Positions 16,268-17,391 of a DNA stretch of 17,391 bases are shown one piece after another; within the stretch, counting starts at the first letter, position 1; each line of letters starts with the position of its first letter. Below the pieces are notes generated by a model. It did no database searches. It saw nothing but the letters and a program-made list of their open reading frames with translations, and had not been told where the DNA came from. A program made the position numbers and the translations under genes. Source of the DNA: Gammaproteobacteria bacterium (GTDB taxonomy: Bacteria; Pseudomonadota; Gammaproteobacteria; UBA4575); NCBI GenBank assembly GCA_965221955.1, contig CBDCTA010000020.1, forward strand, positions 1 through 17,391. The letters run 5' to 3'.

Positions 16268-16286
16268 AATAATGATAGATATTATC
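16268..16286. promoter_or_regulatory. Fur-box-like site upstream of cbtB
   Basis: AATAATGATAGATATTATC matches GATAATGATAATCATTATC at 15 of 19 positions. The AT-rich background lowers specificity. Confidence 0.5.
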
Positions 16287-16565
16287 TATAGTAAATGTAT
16301 TAAATTACATCGGATGTTTAAACTAAGAAATGACTTAATTCATAGTCTGTATATAGATCTTCGAGAATATCCAGGCATTAGTTAATTGTAATTTTTGCCG
16401 AAAAAATATATAGGCATTACTTATAAAGGTCGCAAAATATTTTTAAAAAGCTTACTTTAGGTAATGTAATTGCTTGTGTTTAACTAATAAATTGAACTGT
16501 TCACTTTAGCGATTCGACGAAATGAGTTTCAGGTTTAGCAGTTTTAAAATAGGTGGCTTTCAAGG

Positions 16566-16832
16566 GTGAATAAGATAATAGATGTGGTGGTTGATGTAAT
16601 TACGAAAGGCACAAGACCATTTCGTATTTTATTGTTTGGAGGGGTGTTCTTAGCGCTAATTATCATGAATGTGCTTGCGATGATATTTAATATTAATACT
16701 AAATTAGGGGGCGATATTAATTTAGCGAATATCTTATTAATTATAGTGTCTTTGTTTTTGGGATTTGGAATTTCTTATAGTGTTATTCACTTTGCAGATG
16801 CGAGGAAGCGTAAGAGAAATAATACTAATTAA
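16566..16832 (+). CDS. Small two-TM hypothetical membrane protein
   Basis: Two hydrophobic helices and a basic C-terminal tail (RKRKR). Confidence 0.6.
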   Translation: MNKIIDVVVDVITKGTRPFRILLFGGVFLALIIMNVLAMIFNINTKLGGDINLANILLIIVSLFLGFGISYSVIHFADARKRKRNNTN

Positions 16833-17152
16833 CTTATTTGTTTAGACTGTTTCCAAATCAAGCTATATTCGGTTTTATCTACATTAGATTTATTGCTGTT
16901 AATTATTACTTCTGTGTTGAGTTGTTCTAAGCTTTTATTTATAGGGCAATTGTAAATATATTGCCGAAATTGTTTGTAATTAAATTTTTGATCAATAAGT
17001 TTTTTTTCTTGTAAGTACAAATACAATTTCGGCAATGTAAAATGCCATTGGTTAGGCTCAAAATTGAAATATCCACACTCTTTCAAGTCTTCAATTTCAT
17101 TAGTATTTTTATTTGCAACTCTTTGAAAAAAAGAGATAAGTATGTTCTCCAT
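16829..17152 (-). CDS. Hypothetical protein (107 aa) directly downstream of the cyanase remnant
   Basis: ATG lies about 15 nt after the cynS-like stop on the same strand. Intact ORF. Confidence 0.65.
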   Translation of the reverse strand: MENILISFFQRVANKNTNEIEDLKECGYFNFEPNQWHFTLPKLYLYLQEKKLIDQKFNYKQFRQYIYNCPINKSLEQLNTEVIINSNKSNVDKTEYSLIWKQSKQIS

Positions 17153-17167
17153 GGGAAATAAAATATA

Positions 17168-17391
17168 TTATCAGCCGGTGTATTTTAAGAGTTTAGCGTT
17201 TTATGTGATTACCACACGATCACCTTTTGGATTCTCTTCTTTGTTAATATCCATTGAAAAATCAATAGCGCCCATAATGCCATCACCAAATTTCTCACCA
17301 ATAATTTCTTTGATAGTTTTTCATATGCTCCAAGTATTTCATAAAAGCGATATACAACAGGGTCTGTAGGAATTGCTTTATCCCAAGGATA
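17168..17391 (-). pseudogene. cynS: Cyanase (cyanate hydratase) pseudogene, C-terminal domain; runs off the window edge
   Basis: Minus strand: YPWDKAIPTDPVVYRFYEILGAY, a 1-nt frameshift near 17320, then KTIKEIIGEKFGDGIMGAIDFSMDINKEENPKGDRVVIT*NAKLLKYTG**. These are CynS signature motifs; in-frame stop at 17201-17203. Confidence 0.9.

Noticed and set aside
16293-16311. Zur box (AAATGTATTAAATTACATC)
   Set aside because: The ATGT/ACAT half-site spacing is one base shorter than the gammaproteobacterial Zur consensus.
16143-16565. Cobalamin riboswitch upstream of cbtB
   Set aside because: No GC-rich B12-box motifs are visible on the minus strand. This was judged by eye only and needs an Infernal scan.
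17142-17369. 75-aa plus-strand ORF
   Set aside because: Antisense shadow of the cynS pseudogene.

Overview
AT-rich bacterial window, probably from a gammaproteobacterium (inferred from the sigma32, CsrA, Fur and CRP-like motifs and from gene content). It reads as a patchwork of small accessory modules. From left to right: (1) the 3' part of an EEP-family nuclease/phosphatase gene; (2) a sigma32-type unit of a secreted hypothetical protein plus Hsp20; (3) a decaying operon with an mscS remnant, an intact FMN-binding glutamate synthase-family gene, a RimB-like/AstE-like deletion scar, mgtE, a CBS protein and a PP2C phosphatase; (4) a structured non-coding segment with TTCCCTG repeats and a tRNA-3'-end-like tail; (5) an ArsR-rhodanese regulator divergent from a sterol-desaturase-family gene and a DsrE-family gene; (6) three paralogous Arg-rich microproteins, two of which carry identical CsrA-type hairpins over their RBS; (7) hypotheticals, a lipoprotein and a PhzF-family gene; (8) cbtB-cbtA plus an LbtU-like porin behind a Fur-like box, with no visible B12 riboswitch; (9) a cyanase (cynS) pseudogene at the right edge. 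Three co-oriented copies of a 30-bp palindrome with a conserved loop (572, 1796, 9612) sit at module boundaries. The best candidates for undescribed systems are this palindrome family and the CsrA-gated Arg-rich microprotein trio. All family calls come from motif recognition by eye; no searches were run.
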